Below are positions 35,701 through 49,546 of a stretch of 64,000 nt of DNA, piece by piece (the first letter of the stretch is position 1; every line of letters starts with the position of its first letter). The notes under the pieces are model-generated. The model did no database searches, was not told where the DNA came from, and worked only from the letters and a program-made list of their open reading frames with translations. The stretch is from Lingula anatina (Eukaryota; Animalia; Brachiopoda). The position numbers and the translations under genes were made by a program. The stretch covers positions 19,468,001-19,532,000 of the forward strand of contig CM120642.1 of NCBI GenBank assembly GCA_051362555.1, given 5' to 3'.

Positions 35701-37524
35701 ATGCTTTTTCGTGATGTCGCTTTATTTCCTTTCACATGTCTTTATGTTTACCACTAAATAGGTTGTCGTCATTATATAGTCATTATATAGTTTGATCACA
35801 AGGGACCTATATAACAAGGCACTTCAACTCGTTATATTCCAAATGTGTTTGTGTGTGTGGGCGAGTGTCTTTTTTTTTTTTTTTTTTTTTCAAAATCTGC
35901 CATGAACCAACATTGATTTTGATAAAACGTGTCCTCTCAAACATTATTTCTATAAGTTGCGCCTTTTGGACTGTGATGTTTGAGAAGAGTGCCAATAAAT
36001 GTGTGAACCAAACATGAAAACTTAAATAAAACTTCAAGGGATCATTCACCTTTTATTTCAATCATAGACATTCCATAATAATAAAACAGTCACACTGGCC
36101 AATCCTTGCAATGAATGTCCAACCAAGAACGCTTTGGCATACGTGCTACACCTTATGGTTTGGCTTTATTTTCTTTCAGATGTCTTTGTGTTTATCAGTA
36201 CTTATTTTTCGTCATTTCTTTGGTGGCAGTTAGATCACGCAGGAACCTAACTTACAGTTGATTTTGATCTCGTTAAATTCGAAATGTGTCTTATTCTAGA
36301 AGTAAAACAATTTGGAGATTATTTAAAATTTTGTTTTATTCCCCTACACTGCAGTCACTTTTTATCAGTATACATTTATCAGCTTTTGTTGTAACATCTA
36401 ATTTACATGTACATAGGTTTATCTACTGATATATATGCGTGGTTTGATTTTATACAAGTGTACACTGTACATACCATTTTGATGTGATGTCTTAATTATG
36501 ATGTGATGTGATGTCTTAATTATCGACTATCATTTGATCCGGTTTTCGTCATGCCAAATATCAAAAGCTCAGCATACTAAAGTTTCACTTATTTTAAAAG
36601 TTTGATTTTGACTAGTAAGAGAACGTTTTTCTTTGGTTGTACCTCTACGCACAGCAACGAGTCTCCTTAGTATTTTTTTTTTTAATTCCAATTAAAAGAA
36701 ACAGGAAAAATAATTTCAAACCATACCGTATGAGGGTACTTAACTAAACAAAAAAAATCTATAATGGTTAGGTACATTTATGTATAATATGATGGTCAGT
36801 TATCTTCTTCAAAAAGTTAAATTCTACCTTAGTCTAATCGTTTTTATTCTCTTGCATTGGTTCAATGTCTGCATTTTTTTTCAAGACTCAAAGATATATT
36901 CCATAATAATAAAACAATCACACTGGCTAACCATTGCACTGCATGTCAGATTACAGACGCCATGGCATACGTGCTACACATTATGTTTTGGTTGTTCGTG
37001 GTTTGGCTTTATTTCCTTTCAGATGTCTTTGTGTTTATCTGTAATTCGTTTTTCATCATTATTAGTGATAGTTAAATCTCTTTGGATCCTGTATTGCAGG
37101 TGATTTTGATCTAGTTAAATTCGAAATGTGTGTTTATGTGTGTGTAGGCAAGTGTTTATTCAAAATCTGCCAGGAGCCAACATTGATTTAGATAAAACGT
37201 TTCCCCTCGAACAGTATTATTTATATAAGGTGTGTTTTTGGACTATGATGTTTGAGTGGCAATCAAATGTTTGTATACCAAAGATGAAATTTGAACTTAA
37301 ACTGCAAGGGACCATTGACCTCTTATTTTAATCATAGCAAGACGGGTTTTTTTACACATGACTCACAGGAATCGAATTTAATAAGCAGAAATATCCGTTG
37401 AAAAGTCAATTAGAAAAATGACAGGAGTAGAAGATTTATCTGTGCCCCCTCTCCTCCACCACTTTCTGTACTCAAGATTGCCACAGTTGCAAAGTCAATC
37501 CCCTTTTTCAGAATTTTATAATAG

Positions 37525-38340
37525 TTTGTTTGTTTGTTTGTTTATTTAAGTGACCTAAGTGACCTAATGCAAGTAATACAGTTACATTATTTTCTTTTTG
37601 CAGCCAGCCCTAGTGGGCGTTTAAGTCACTGTTTCATTCATGTTATTCTAATATATTAATGAACACAAAAATACATAAAAACAATAAATAATCTAAAAAT
37701 AAACGTATAAATAGCAAAGCTGTACGTTCAACTAATAGGAACTATGTAAATATAAAACATTAATTACATACAAGTATAAATAATAGAATGCATATACAAA
37801 CTAGGACGTTACTCATTATTAATGAACTCTTTCCGTATCATATAGGCACGTTTAAATTAATTACTTATATAATTACTAAAATTTTTATATGTTTCTCCAT
37901 TAATTTTTATGTTTCTATGGCAAATTTTAGTTCAAAAAGTCTTAATCAGTTGCTGTTATTTTTGTCAACATCTCTTCTCATATGTTATCGTAGGCGGCAC
38001 ATTCAAAAATATAATGCTTTTCATCCTCTATCACACAATGGGAATCCTTTTCTTCTAAACTGCATAACTTTTGATTTCTTACTATTAATTTGCAGTCTCC
38101 ATTTCATGCAATAATCATATAAGGTATTCATAATAATGTTCATATCATCCGGCGTTTCACTGAAAATAGCAATGTCGTCTGCGTACAACAATATATCTAG
38201 TCTAATGCCATCTACCATTACCCCTTTTCCAAGTGCTTTTATATCCTGAGTTAAATCATTTATGACTAGTGCAAATAAGGTAGGTGGTAGGTTGTCACCT
38301 TGCCTAACACCAGCCATCGTTTCAAACCAGTTTGAAATTT
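37525..38340 (-). mobile_element. Internally deleted non-LTR retrotransposon fragment (RTEX/CR1-like RT)
   Basis: GVRQGDNLPPTLFALVINDL...ILLYADDIAI...KWRLQINSKKSKVM; (AAAC)n tail at ~37525-37545. Confidence 0.8.
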
Positions 38341-40803
38341 ACACATGACATGGGGAAAACGCGGGAGTTCGTGCGTGATGAGCACGTCCATCGTGCGACT
38401 TTTGGAGGACGCAAACAGCACGTACAAACTTTTCAACATGATCAACAGCCGCTACGTGCGATCTAGCTACACCCTAGCCGGACGCAAGGAACCTAAAAAC
38501 CGTCCGTCCAAAACGTAGCTGGGACCTAGGCTGAATTGCCCTTTCGTGTGACGTCTGTGCGGAGGTAGATGGTGACCTTGCAAAATCGCTTAGAGTCGTA
38601 ATTGACAACTTTTATTAAATCGTAAGCGTCCGTAGACCGTATCGTTATAAATACGTCATTGTACGGGCATTGTACGGTGGATATCGGTTATCGCGAAACA
38701 ACACAAGGCGATCCTGCGATACGGAGCTGCCAAAATTGATAAGCATTGATTACATTTGCCACGGGGGCTGCACGATGGAATTGTATACGATTTTCCGTAC
38801 GATTTTTTTTTTCCGAATCGTAAGTAGCCATGGGCATACGTTTATAACGTGCGGGAGCCTTGCCATTTCTCTAACATCACCTCGAGGTCACGTGGAGGAA
38901 ATCGTACTTCGTTTGAAAAATTATCGTCTGGACCCCATCATTCTCAGTGCAGATGCCCATGCCTATTGCGCGCCTTCATTGAAAAATTGACACGCTGTCG
39001 GTGCAGCCCCCCTACGATTATTTTCAACCTTGTGTTTAGATTAAGTTCGCATTTATGCAAATAAATTACATCAAGGAGTTGTACAACATTTTAACATTTA
39101 AACATCTGTATTATTCTTATGCCTCCTAAACCACCAAATAAGGAAGGGAAAGAGACCAACAGCAGGTTAAACCATAATCACGATCATCGCAAGTCCACAG
39201 AACAATGCCCGTGTGGAAACTGCGCAATGCCATCTACGATATTGTTACGGCCTGCGGGCTTACGGTTAAAAAATTGTGAAAATTTTCAGCTTGACAAAAT
39301 CGTAGAGGCTACGGAGAAGGTGAATCCGTACGATTTCCTACGATTTCGTACAGTCAGTGCTTGCCTCCGAACAGACACAGCACGAAAAGAGATTTTCGGG
39401 CAGTTAACGAGCAACGTACGGGCATGGCATGGCAAATGTAAACGGGTTCTCGTGGGCCTTTTATACTGTGTTCGAGCGCTTATCTTCATGTTATTCCTCA
39501 TTCCGTTATTTTAGCTCTCTTTCAAATTTTGCCTTCGATTTAATAGAGTTTCTTTACATTTGTAGAAGTCATAATGAAACAGTGGATTTGAAGGGGTACC
39601 TCTCTTAAATTTTAATAAATGGTATAAAATGTGTATATTTTCACCACTATTTTGTATGTTTTAAACTATTAATCATGTTAGACACGGTATCTGTAACAAA
39701 AATCACTATTTCTAACAATTCACAGCTGTGAGGTGATCATTTGTAAATAAAATTACATGGAAATAGGGGTGGGACAACCTTTTGACCAATCTTGTATGTA
39801 TCTTTATTCTACTTTACGGTCTTTATTCTAATCTATGTATTTATTACTCAGAAAAAGTTAAAAGGATTAAACATTTACCATGACATTTAAGGTGTGGTAT
39901 CTGAGTTGTGATGATCTAAACTGAATATATATTAACAAAAAATAATGGAAAAAACCTGCACCACCGCAATGTTACTTTTTAAGGCTTTGCCTATTATTCG
40001 ACTGGAAATGGATACATGTAGCTAGATTAATAATGGATATCAATTTCATTTCTTTCAGTTGAGTTTACCTGATTGATTTTCATTTTACAGGTGTATCTTT
40101 GTTTAAGAATTCTAAATATGAACGGTTTCAGAAAGGCCAACAGATATCTTTCAGAACTCTTACCTGTGTTGGAGCTACAGTTTTTCTGTCCAAAAGGGAG
40201 ATCACTGACCCCTCAGCTGCAAATTCGATCTTGGACAAGTTGTTTTCCCTTAAAGACTTCTCTTCCATTCGTTCAAAGTCGAGAACTCCCTTCGCTTTTA
40301 TTTAGACTCAAAGATCTATCCCATAATGATAAAGCAGTCACACTGGCCAATCCATGCAATGCATGCCAAAAAAGGACGCTATTGCATACCTGCTACACCT
40401 TAGGGATTGTTTTTTCGTGGCGTGGCTTTATTTCCTATAAGATATCTTTGTGTTTATCAGTAATAAGTTTTTTTATCATAATTTACAGATAAATCAAGAT
40501 GAAGTCTACATATATGACATATGATTTTGATCAATACAATACAAAAACATTTTTCGAGTTTGAATATGCTTCAGGCAATTGATTGGTGATGTCTGAATTA
40601 CCTGCTTTCATTTGATACGGACATCATGCAATGTAAATCATCTAATCATCATGGTTTTACAATTGTTTTTTCGTGATGTCGCTTTATTTCCTTTCAGATG
40701 CCTTTGTGTTTATCACTTACTAGGTTTCCGTCATTTTATAGCGATAGTTAGATTACGAAGGGGCCTATATTACAGGTGATTTTAAGCTCGTTATATTCCA
40801 AAT

Positions 40804-40840
<37 letters not shown>

Positions 40841-43800
40841 CAAAGTCTGCCATGAGCCAACATTGATTTAGATAAAACAGTCAATCCTCCCATTTCAGAT
40901 ATTTTAATAAATATTGCTACGTTAACACATGCTTGTGGACTTCCTTGACAAGGTCATAATTGAAATCAAATAACTCTTATTATTATTCCAGAGGAAAACA
41001 ATTTGGATTTTGATTCCTTTCAGTTAAAATTGTATTTTATTCCCTTTGACCGCAGTTATTTTTTACCAACAAGCTTTTTTGGCAACAACTCTTCTACATA
41101 AATTTACATGTACATGTGTACGCCTATCTGCTTATAGATACACTGTATGCGTGTCTAAAAACGTGCTTGGTTTTAAAGAAATGTACTTTCAATTTTCAAT
41201 GACATTTCATTAATTTTTCATTACAAAACATTTAGAGTTTGACTATGCTTCAGGCAATTGATTGGTGATGTCTGAGTTACTTGCTTTTATTTGATACGGA
41301 TTTCATCAAATGCCAAATATCTAATGCTCTTACCACGGTTTTACGTGTTTCACACGTTTGATTTCGACTAGCAAAATAGTTAAAATCTATCTTGGTCCAA
41401 TCGCTTTTATTTTCTTCCATCGATACACAGTCGAGAACACCCTGCACTTTTATTTAGACATAAAGATCTATCCCATAATAATAAAACAGTCACGCTGGCC
41501 AATCCTTGAAATGAATGTCCAATCAAAGACGCTTTGGCATACGTGCATCATCTTATGGCTTGGCTTTATTTTCTTCCAGATGTTTTTGTGTTTATCAGTA
41601 GTTATTTCTCGTCATACTTAGTGGTAGTTAGATCACGCAGGAACCTGGCTTATAGTTGATTTTGATCTCTTTAAATTCGAAATGTGTGTTATTCCAGAAG
41701 TAAAACAGTTTTGATTGATGTAAAATATTATTTTATTCCCTTACACTGCAGTCACTTTTTATCAGTATACATTTATTAGCTTTTGTGCCATATCTTATTT
41801 ACAAGTATATGGGTCTTTTTACACTACTACATGTACCTATATGTGGTTTGATTTTATACAAGTGTACACCGTACATATCATTTTCAAGAACGTTTCATTT
41901 CAGTTTCAATGCAAAAACCCCTTTTTCGAGTTTGAATATGCTCCAGGCATTAGATTGGTGATGTCTGAATTATCGACTACCATTTCATACGGTTTTCGTC
42001 ATGTCAGACATTTAAAGTTGAGGGCCTTTTTTTTCTTTTGAGGTACGTCTACGCACAGCAACAAGTACCCTGAGCATTTGCTTAAAATTTCAAGTAAACG
42101 AAACAAGAAAAATCTGTGAATGTGTAATATAATGGTTAGCTGTCTTCCTCAAAAATTTAAATTCTATCTAGTCTAATCGTTTTCATTCTCTCCCATTGGT
42201 TCGAAGTCGAAAACTCCCTGTATTTTATTAAGACTTAAAGCTCCCTTCCATAATAATCTAACAGTCACACTTGCCAATCTTCGCAATGTGTGTCAAGTCA
42301 AGGACGCTTTGGCAGACGTGTTACACCTTTGAGATTGCTTTTTCGTGATGTTGCTTTATTTCCTTTCACATGTCTTTGTGTTTACCACTAATTCGGTTGT
42401 CGTCATTATATAGTGATAGTTAGATCACGAAGGGTCCTATATAACAGGTGATTTTCAACTCGTTATATTCCAAATGTGTGTGTAAACAATTAGAAATAAA
42501 GGACAAGAGAAGATTTATTGGCGCCCTCTCTCCTACACCACATTCTGTGCTCAAGACTGACAAACTTCTTTGACAAGGTCATAATTGAAATCAAATAACT
42601 CTTATTATTATTTCAGAGGAAAAAACAATTTGGACTTTGCTTCCTTTCAGTTTATATTGAATTTTATTCCCTTAGACCGCAGTTTTTTATTATTATTATT
42701 TTTTTTTTATTTTTTTTTATTTATTTTTTTTTTACCAGTATACATTTACTAGCTTTTGTGGCAGCAACTCATCTACATGAATATACGTGTACATGTGTAC
42801 GCCTATCTGCTTATAGATACACTGTATGCGTGGCTAAAAACGTGCTTGATTTTATACAAGTGTACTTCTCAATTTTCAATGACATTTCATTAATTTTTCA
42901 TTACAAAAAAATTTCGAGTTTGAATATGCTTCAGGCAATTGATTGGTGATCTACCTGCTTTTATTTGATACGGATTACATCCAATACCAAACATTTAATG
43001 CTCTATCATGGTTGGCAAAAAGTCAATCCTCCCATTTCAGATATTCAAAATAAATATTACTATTTGAATACATACTTGTGGACTTCCTTGACATAATTGA
43101 AATCAAACTACTCTCATTTTTTTTTTTTTTATTCTATTCCCTTAGATTGCAGTCACTTTTTTTCTCAAAATACATTTAGTAGTGTCCGTGGCAACATCTA
43201 TGTATATACATTTAGGTCTATCTACTGATAGATATGCGTGGCTAAAACGCGCTTGATTTTATACAGGCGTACATATCATTTTCAAGAACATTTCATTTCA
43301 ACTTTTATACAAAGAGATTATCATTTATATAAGCTACGTTTTTAGATAATGGTGTTTGACACAAGTACCAATGGATGTTTTGCGTGCCAGAGATGAATTC
43401 TTAAATTAACATGTAAGGGATTATTCTCCAGATATTTCAATCATAGTTACACCTTTTTTAACCAACCAGACTCGAAAGAATCAAAATTTCAATACCCTCT
43501 CACAAACTTTTTCTTTCTTTTAATGATATTGTAACCTATTATTATTATCCAAATACCAATGTTTTTTCTGCATCTAATTATTCAGTAATGCATCTATCTT
43601 TGCGCTGATTTAAAACAAATCACTTTGAAATATAAAATATCGGCGTTTACAATTCTCGTTGCAATGTATGAGTATAGACAAGTCATTTGCTTTTTAAAAT
43701 CATTAAAATCAACCACTTTAACGCCTTTCTATTTTGAGGTGAGATAGAGTTGAATGGGGCGTGATTCCATCCCTGAATAAGATTTAATCACGAAGATTGG

Positions 43801-46192
43801 CGGAGTTGACCACGAGTTTATAGGCTAAAATCCCATGCCGTCATTATGGTTTAAATTATTTTGTTATGGAGTTACATGTATGAGCCCCAATTTCCCGGTA
43901 ACGATAAAATCTGAATTGATGATTTTAAGAAAAAATGCAGCCAGGGTTTTGGAGTACTAAAGGATGTCATTAAATAGGCTGAAATTAAATCGGTTAAAAA
44001 GGTGATTGATGGTGCTCAAGTAAAAGACAAATCTGAGAAACCAATATTTCAGTTTTTTCCCCAAAATTACATTCAGATTACATGTGCAAATGTTAATTAA
44101 TTTCGTCACTGAAGATTTATCTATTACCCAAAAGAATGTACGTAGGGCAGTAAAAAAGGAGTTTGGGTAGAAGGGTGACAATGTCAAAGGCGATGTCAAA
44201 GCCACCTATGCAGCATTTGTTGCAGTCTGGGCAAAAGTTACTTTTTTTAATATAACTCTTCTTCTCCCAAAACTAGATGGTCCTCTAATAATGAAGACTT
44301 AGGCAGCGTGGCAAAGATTTAGCTTCATTTCAGTGAAAAGCGTTTCGTTACACTTCTTATTTTGTATCTACATGTAGATGGCCCTCTGAGAGTCAAAACT
44401 TGTGACTCTGAGTCTTCTTAGTCCCATATGTGTGAAAGCTGTCTCAACACAATTCCGGTACATACTAAATATTGACGGTGAGTTATCAAAGAACACCTGA
44501 AGTGATGTTTCGAAAGTAACATAAACATAGACATGTATGGATAGGCAGTAACGTTAACATTATAAGCCGAATCAAATGTGAGAAATAGTTCGTATTGCAT
44601 GGCTTTATCAGTGCATTTTGTATCATTAAGGGAATATTTTGCTAAGTATTGGATGGAGGCAAGAGATTTTAGAAGTATCATATTGCGTTACTTTATGCTT
44701 TAGGTGGAACCTTGAACTTTTCGTTTTAGTGAACTCTTGTACGTGATTTGTATAGATACTTACGAAGCATACACACACAAACACAAACATATATATATTT
44801 CGTCCTTCTTTTATTTAGTTTCCTAACAAAATAATTAACGGACTTCGGTTACACTGATTGTTTTCTCAATTTTTAATTTTCTCGAGTTTCGTGAAAATAA
44901 ATTATATAATGAAAGAAAGTGACAATTTGCATTGTAATTGTTGTTTTGACTTATCAGAGCATTACAATAATAATACATATTTTGTGAAGATATGAGGTGT
45001 TGGTAGGAAGGGCATTTAAGTGAGTGGGCGGCGGGTGAAAGCAAGCAGGGAAAATGAGCGACATGGGATGGGGGAGAAAGGGGGAATTGGCAAAAAGAGT
45101 AATATATCAATTATCAATTAAGTATACGTTCAAAAAGGGTCCCCTGGCCGCTGACGTGCTTGGCAAAGGAAGAGACCGAATTCCCGGCTCCTGCACAAAT
45201 ATCGTCTTACAATAATTTTTTTTTAAATTATACCAGAGGTGCACCGAATATATACAATTGTACTTTATTAGCTTTAACTGTAAGAAAAACTCTATCCTAA
45301 GTGAATTCCATTTCACCTTACATTCACTAGACTGGCCATAGCCTCCAGATCAAAACAGTTTCAACTCCATGTAATATCCCTGATCACTTTTAAGTATTCA
45401 TGGTGATATTAATATGTTCTTCTTAATCTGAAAGATTTACTCTCAAGATTACCATGGTCATAGAGGAGATTAAAAGATTCACATTTTGGTCTGACAACTA
45501 AATATGTCCCACTGTAGAATTTTTATTCTAGTCACCACTCTGTCTGTCATTCAACTATACTGTTTTAAACTAATGTAACGCCAATACAATCATCCAGTAC
45601 AAATAGCAAAAAGGTTTCATAATAAGCTGTGGATGGCCATGGCAAAAATTAGCAATTTGGGGATTTTCTAACCCATGGAATATTGTATATTAGCCAACAT
45701 TTACTTTTTTCTTAAAATAGCTTTTAGAGGCTTTCGCTTATCTTAATCTTATTGCATACATATTTTAATTTTCAATTTTCATTTACACATATTTGTATAA
45801 CTTCCGTCTTTTGGTGGATCTTTCTTTAAATAAACTTATTAGTATTTATCATAGTTATTATATAAAAACAAAAATGATAATGAACAATACTGACAATAAC
45901 CATTAAAAACAACATAATATACTCTCATTAATTCAGGAAATACTATTTGAAAAAAACTCATACATTGTGAACAACCTTAACATATGTTCTTCATTAAATA
46001 ATTAAAAAACCTACATTTTTACTCATTTTCACGTTAACGACAGGTCTATTTCAAATATTTGGATTACACTGGTGTCAGAAATTCACTCCCCCTATAATTA
46101 GCATGTCCACAAGCATTTTTATCGGCAACCATAGATCTTCTTGTCAGAGATACAAATAGACATTTACAACGTAAACTTTACTGCATTCACAT

Positions 46193-46816
46193 CTATATAG
46201 CTAGTGAGACCAATACAAAAAAAGTCAGTGGAAACATCAACAGTCCACATACCCCCAGAGACAAAAGGTCTCCACTGCTGGATGGGGTACGGTCGGTTAC
46301 TCCAGGGAACAGCAATCCTGTCGGTGTCTTTCGATTAGACTCGCGGTCAGTGCGCGCTGGACAAGGCTGGATCTTTACGCGATCGAGTACCTCTACCAAA
46401 AAATCTACACCTCTATAACTGTAAGTCGGCATTCTCTCGCCAAACTTATCTTGCAAAACTGACAAAAAAGACAAGCCATCTCTGTACGTTTTTACTGTTG
46501 CCAGTAACAACAATCTAAATTCTCCTATAACATAGTCTCTCGTTTCAGACTGATCACGGTTCGAGATGTTCACTGCGCGACATATGTGATGTGTCCATCC
46601 CCTTACCTCCCAGACGTCCCGAAATTCATTGTCCAAGTGTATCTTTCCAGATGAGAGACGTTTGCTTAAATCGTCGCAGGCGCTAATGGTCTCATTCATG
46701 TAAACTTTTACGTTTTTGGGAGTTTTAAAAAGCAAGGTGAGTGTGTATGCCGTCTTGTACATGTGGGTGAATAGTGACGGGCACAGGTCCGACTCTTCCT
46801 CGCCTGGGCAGCGTTC
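46193..46816 (-). CDS. SMB-domain Cys-rich GPI-type surface protein B, last coding exon
   Basis: Acceptor ttttaatccAG|GAACGC; 624 bp; ends SSSGDLLSLGVCGLLMFPLTFFVLVSLAI*. Confidence 0.85.
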   Translation of the reverse strand, partial: ERCPGEEESDLCPSLFTHMYKTAYTLTLLFKTPKNVKVYMNETISACDDLSKRLSSGKIHLDNEFRDVWEVRGWTHHICRAVNISNRDQSETRDYVIGEFRLLLLATVKTYRDGLSFLSVLQDKFGERMPTYSYRGVDFLVEVLDRVKIQPCPARTDRESNRKTPTGLLFPGVTDRTPSSSGDLLSLGVCGLLMFPLTFFVLVSLAI

Positions 46817-47128
46817 CTGGATTAAAACAGAAAACCAATCACATCCTCTACCACCATGATCAGACAATGATAAACAATGTATAAACGCTTTTGGTATTTA
46901 TTAATCGGCTTACAAATTAAAGATTTCCTTAATTTTTTTCAACAATATCAGAGAAACCATACAAAGTGTTTGCATGTTTTCACAGTTTCAGACGGTGCTA
47001 TTTTGTATCAGTCAAACTTATTGGTTAATGTCAACGACGTTAATGCAACCTGAGAAAACATATCTTTCTGTTCTCTGTTTGAGAGATCGAGTAATTTCCC
47101 ATGTGTCACAACTCGAATGAAAGTTTCT

Positions 47129-47169
<41 letters not shown>

Positions 47170-47453
47170 AGTCTCGCGACCGGCCCAATATTTTTCCCAT
47201 TCTTGCTGTTTTTATATGATCTTAATGATGATGAAATCGCCTTCCTTGTTTGGCAAAAAACTCTGTGAAATTTAGTTGTTATGGAAAAGCAAAAAAAAAA
47301 ATCTGTTTTCCGATTTACGGATATTTGCTGTTTGTTAAACAATAATAAAAAAAATCTGTTTTCCGATTTACGGATATTTGCTGTTTGTTAAACAATTTCA
47401 CAAATTTGTCCTGTCTAATCAAGTAGTCTGTACTAACAATAGCCTCTCCTTAC

Positions 47454-47560
47454 CATAATAGTATGAACCTTGTTTGCCGTACAGGAATCTGGTATTGCGG
47501 GTGCAAGTATATCCACTAAGGCACGAAATCCAAAGGGGCTGAAATCTCTAACCCAATCCT
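47454..47560 (-). CDS. SMB-domain protein B, 107-bp middle exon
   Basis: ttccAG|AGGATTGG...ATTATG|GTAAGG; DWVRDFSPFGFRALVDILAPAIPDSCTANKVHTIM. Confidence 0.85.
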
Positions 47561-48148
47561 CTGGAATAGCACACATAAATGCCAATGTCAATTTTCGGGT
47601 AATCGTTTTCATCAAACGAAAATTAAGGTATACGTACATTACATGACATTAAAATCTTTTCATTTCCAGTATATCTTAACTGTTAGAAGGAGATGAAAAA
47701 TATTTGCGAGTAAAACTCAGGCAGAGTGCTGTGCTCCGGTAAACCATGTCATCTTAAAAATAATATTCAAAGCCCCACTGTATACAGTGAGGGCTTTTAT
47801 ATGATTTTATTTTAAATAATAATATTATAATTACTGTTATTATTATTTACAGGCTCTTGGCGTGATCCAACCATAAGGTCCATTGCATGTTGTTATTTTA
47901 ACGTAGATAATCGCCATTTTGTCAACATAAGAAAAGCTTAGAAAAATGAGCGTTCGTGTATGCGTAAAGGTAAATTAATGTCATATGGTTAACTTAATTG
48001 TAGCCAAACAATGATATCGATATTCGCGTACGGCCGACAAATACAGTGCAGCAATCGACCCCCCCCCCCCCCCCAACCTCGGAGAACTGCTCTTAGGGCC
48101 AATGTAAACGCAATAACGACATACATTAATTAAAGAAAGAAGAGCCGC

Positions 48149-48443
48149 TTATTACCTGCGCCAAGGAGGTTGTTTTCACCCCTTTTTGTTTGTCTGTCTT
48201 TCTGTCTGTCTGTCATCAACATAACTCAAAAAGTTATAGACCGATTTTAATGAAATTTTCAGGAACTGCCAGAAGTGGGCCAAGGGACAGATGATTAGTT
48301 TTTGGTGGTGATCCGAATCAATAATCAATCAATTATCAATCAATAACCAATAATCAAAAATAAAAAAAATTAGGGGTGAAACGGCATTGGGTGGAGACTT
48401 TGCTGCCTTGGTGGAGGTCTGCGCACTCGGAGTGCTTTTCTAG
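48149..48443 (+). mobile_element. Full-length Helentron-associated (HINE/DINE-1-like) element in a gene B intron
   Basis: Sub-TIR cct.cgccaagg / ccttgg.ggagg, (GTCT)n, 3' gcactcggagtgc hairpin. Empty site gccgcttatattcgag in gene A (~19761). Confidence 0.75.
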
Positions 48444-48462
48444 TATTCGAGAATCTAATTAC

Positions 48463-49546
48463 CTTTATCCTGGGTGATCTCCTCTGGGCACTGAAAAATT
48501 GTTGGTTTCTTCGTATATTGGCAAATCCAACAGAAGTGATTTTTGTAATAATGTATCGGAGTAAACCGACTACCATACACCACCTCTTGCGTGATAGGCA
48601 AACTGTGACCCCTTTCGCAAAGGTTCCGATAAGGGTTTCCCTCCTGACAATGTCTTCCGCTTTGAAGCCATGTATACCCTCTAACATGAGTGCCATCTTT
48701 GATGCACGGCCTACCGACGATGTCTTTCGGTTTTTGAAAATACAGCTGGCAATCGTGCGAGTCATGGACGAGATGAAAAACGTGAGATGTGTTTCTGCTG
48801 TCTGCAAAGAAGTCACTAGAACTATAAGGGCAAATGACGAACGCTGGCCATGTTCTGTATGACGTCACACCATGGCATAAAGCACAGAATGTGTTCCTAA
48901 AGGTAAGTCCGGAAACGGAATCTGAAACCGGTAGAACAGCCATTCCGTCTTCGTCTGTGCCATTCGGTCTTTCACAGGCCGAGCGAATTCCCACATCCGA
49001 CCAACCATTTGGACATGCCGAAACCATCCAGAAATGCCTGCGTTTTTGTCCCCAAGGACTAATCGCGTCTTTTGTCACCTGCGATGTACAGGTGACGTCA
49101 TCAGGGCCTAATGTTATTGTATTCGCTGACGTTGATGAAAATTTGGAATCCGACTCATCTGTATGGTTGCAGGTAATGTTAACGGCGAAACAACAGTCAC
49201 CAAATATGTTGCAATACTCATCACAGTAACATGCTATATTAACAACAGACTTTAGACTGTTCCCATCGTAGATACAAAACTTTTCACCTGCAGTCACCTG
49301 ACTCCAATAATTCGGTGCCGTGGCAGTCACATTTTCGAGAGGAACGGTGCTAGTTTCAGGTCTTTGGTTGGAGACCGTGGAAATATCGCTCAAATTGGCT
49401 TCACGTGTCAAAATAACTCTGGTAGTTGCCGGCGGTCCTGGGTCACTGCACGAACTGTCGAAACACCTACTGCCTTCTCGCTGACAAGTCACAGAGGCCA
49501 GGAAAAGTGAGTGCAACACTATTGCTATTGCGCCCCTCTGTAGCAT
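48463..49546 (-). CDS. SMB-domain protein B, first coding exon
   Basis: ATG 49546 signal peptide; CYCDEYCNIFGDCC; same length and donor as copy A. The spliced product is 604 aa. Confidence 0.88.

Larger units (their letters stand above)
14480..43300. repeat. Segmental duplication unit A (paralogous to unit B, 43320-64000)
   Basis: Colinear high-identity blocks: 15260-16130/44810-45600, 17020-22240/45620-52900, 26220-29100/53450-57600, 30960-34700/58060-61600. The units differ mainly by TE insertions. Confidence 0.92.
31450..43470. repeat. Large degenerate repeat block (about ten core units)
   Basis: Core recurs near 31990, 33650, 34760, 35610, 36070, 36900, 40320, 40670, 41470 and 42250. 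Confidence 0.85.

Noticed and set aside
38345-39514. CpG-rich segment with ORFs of 106-131 aa
   Set aside because: It looks like non-autonomous DNA transposon interior; no paired termini or protein motif could be established.
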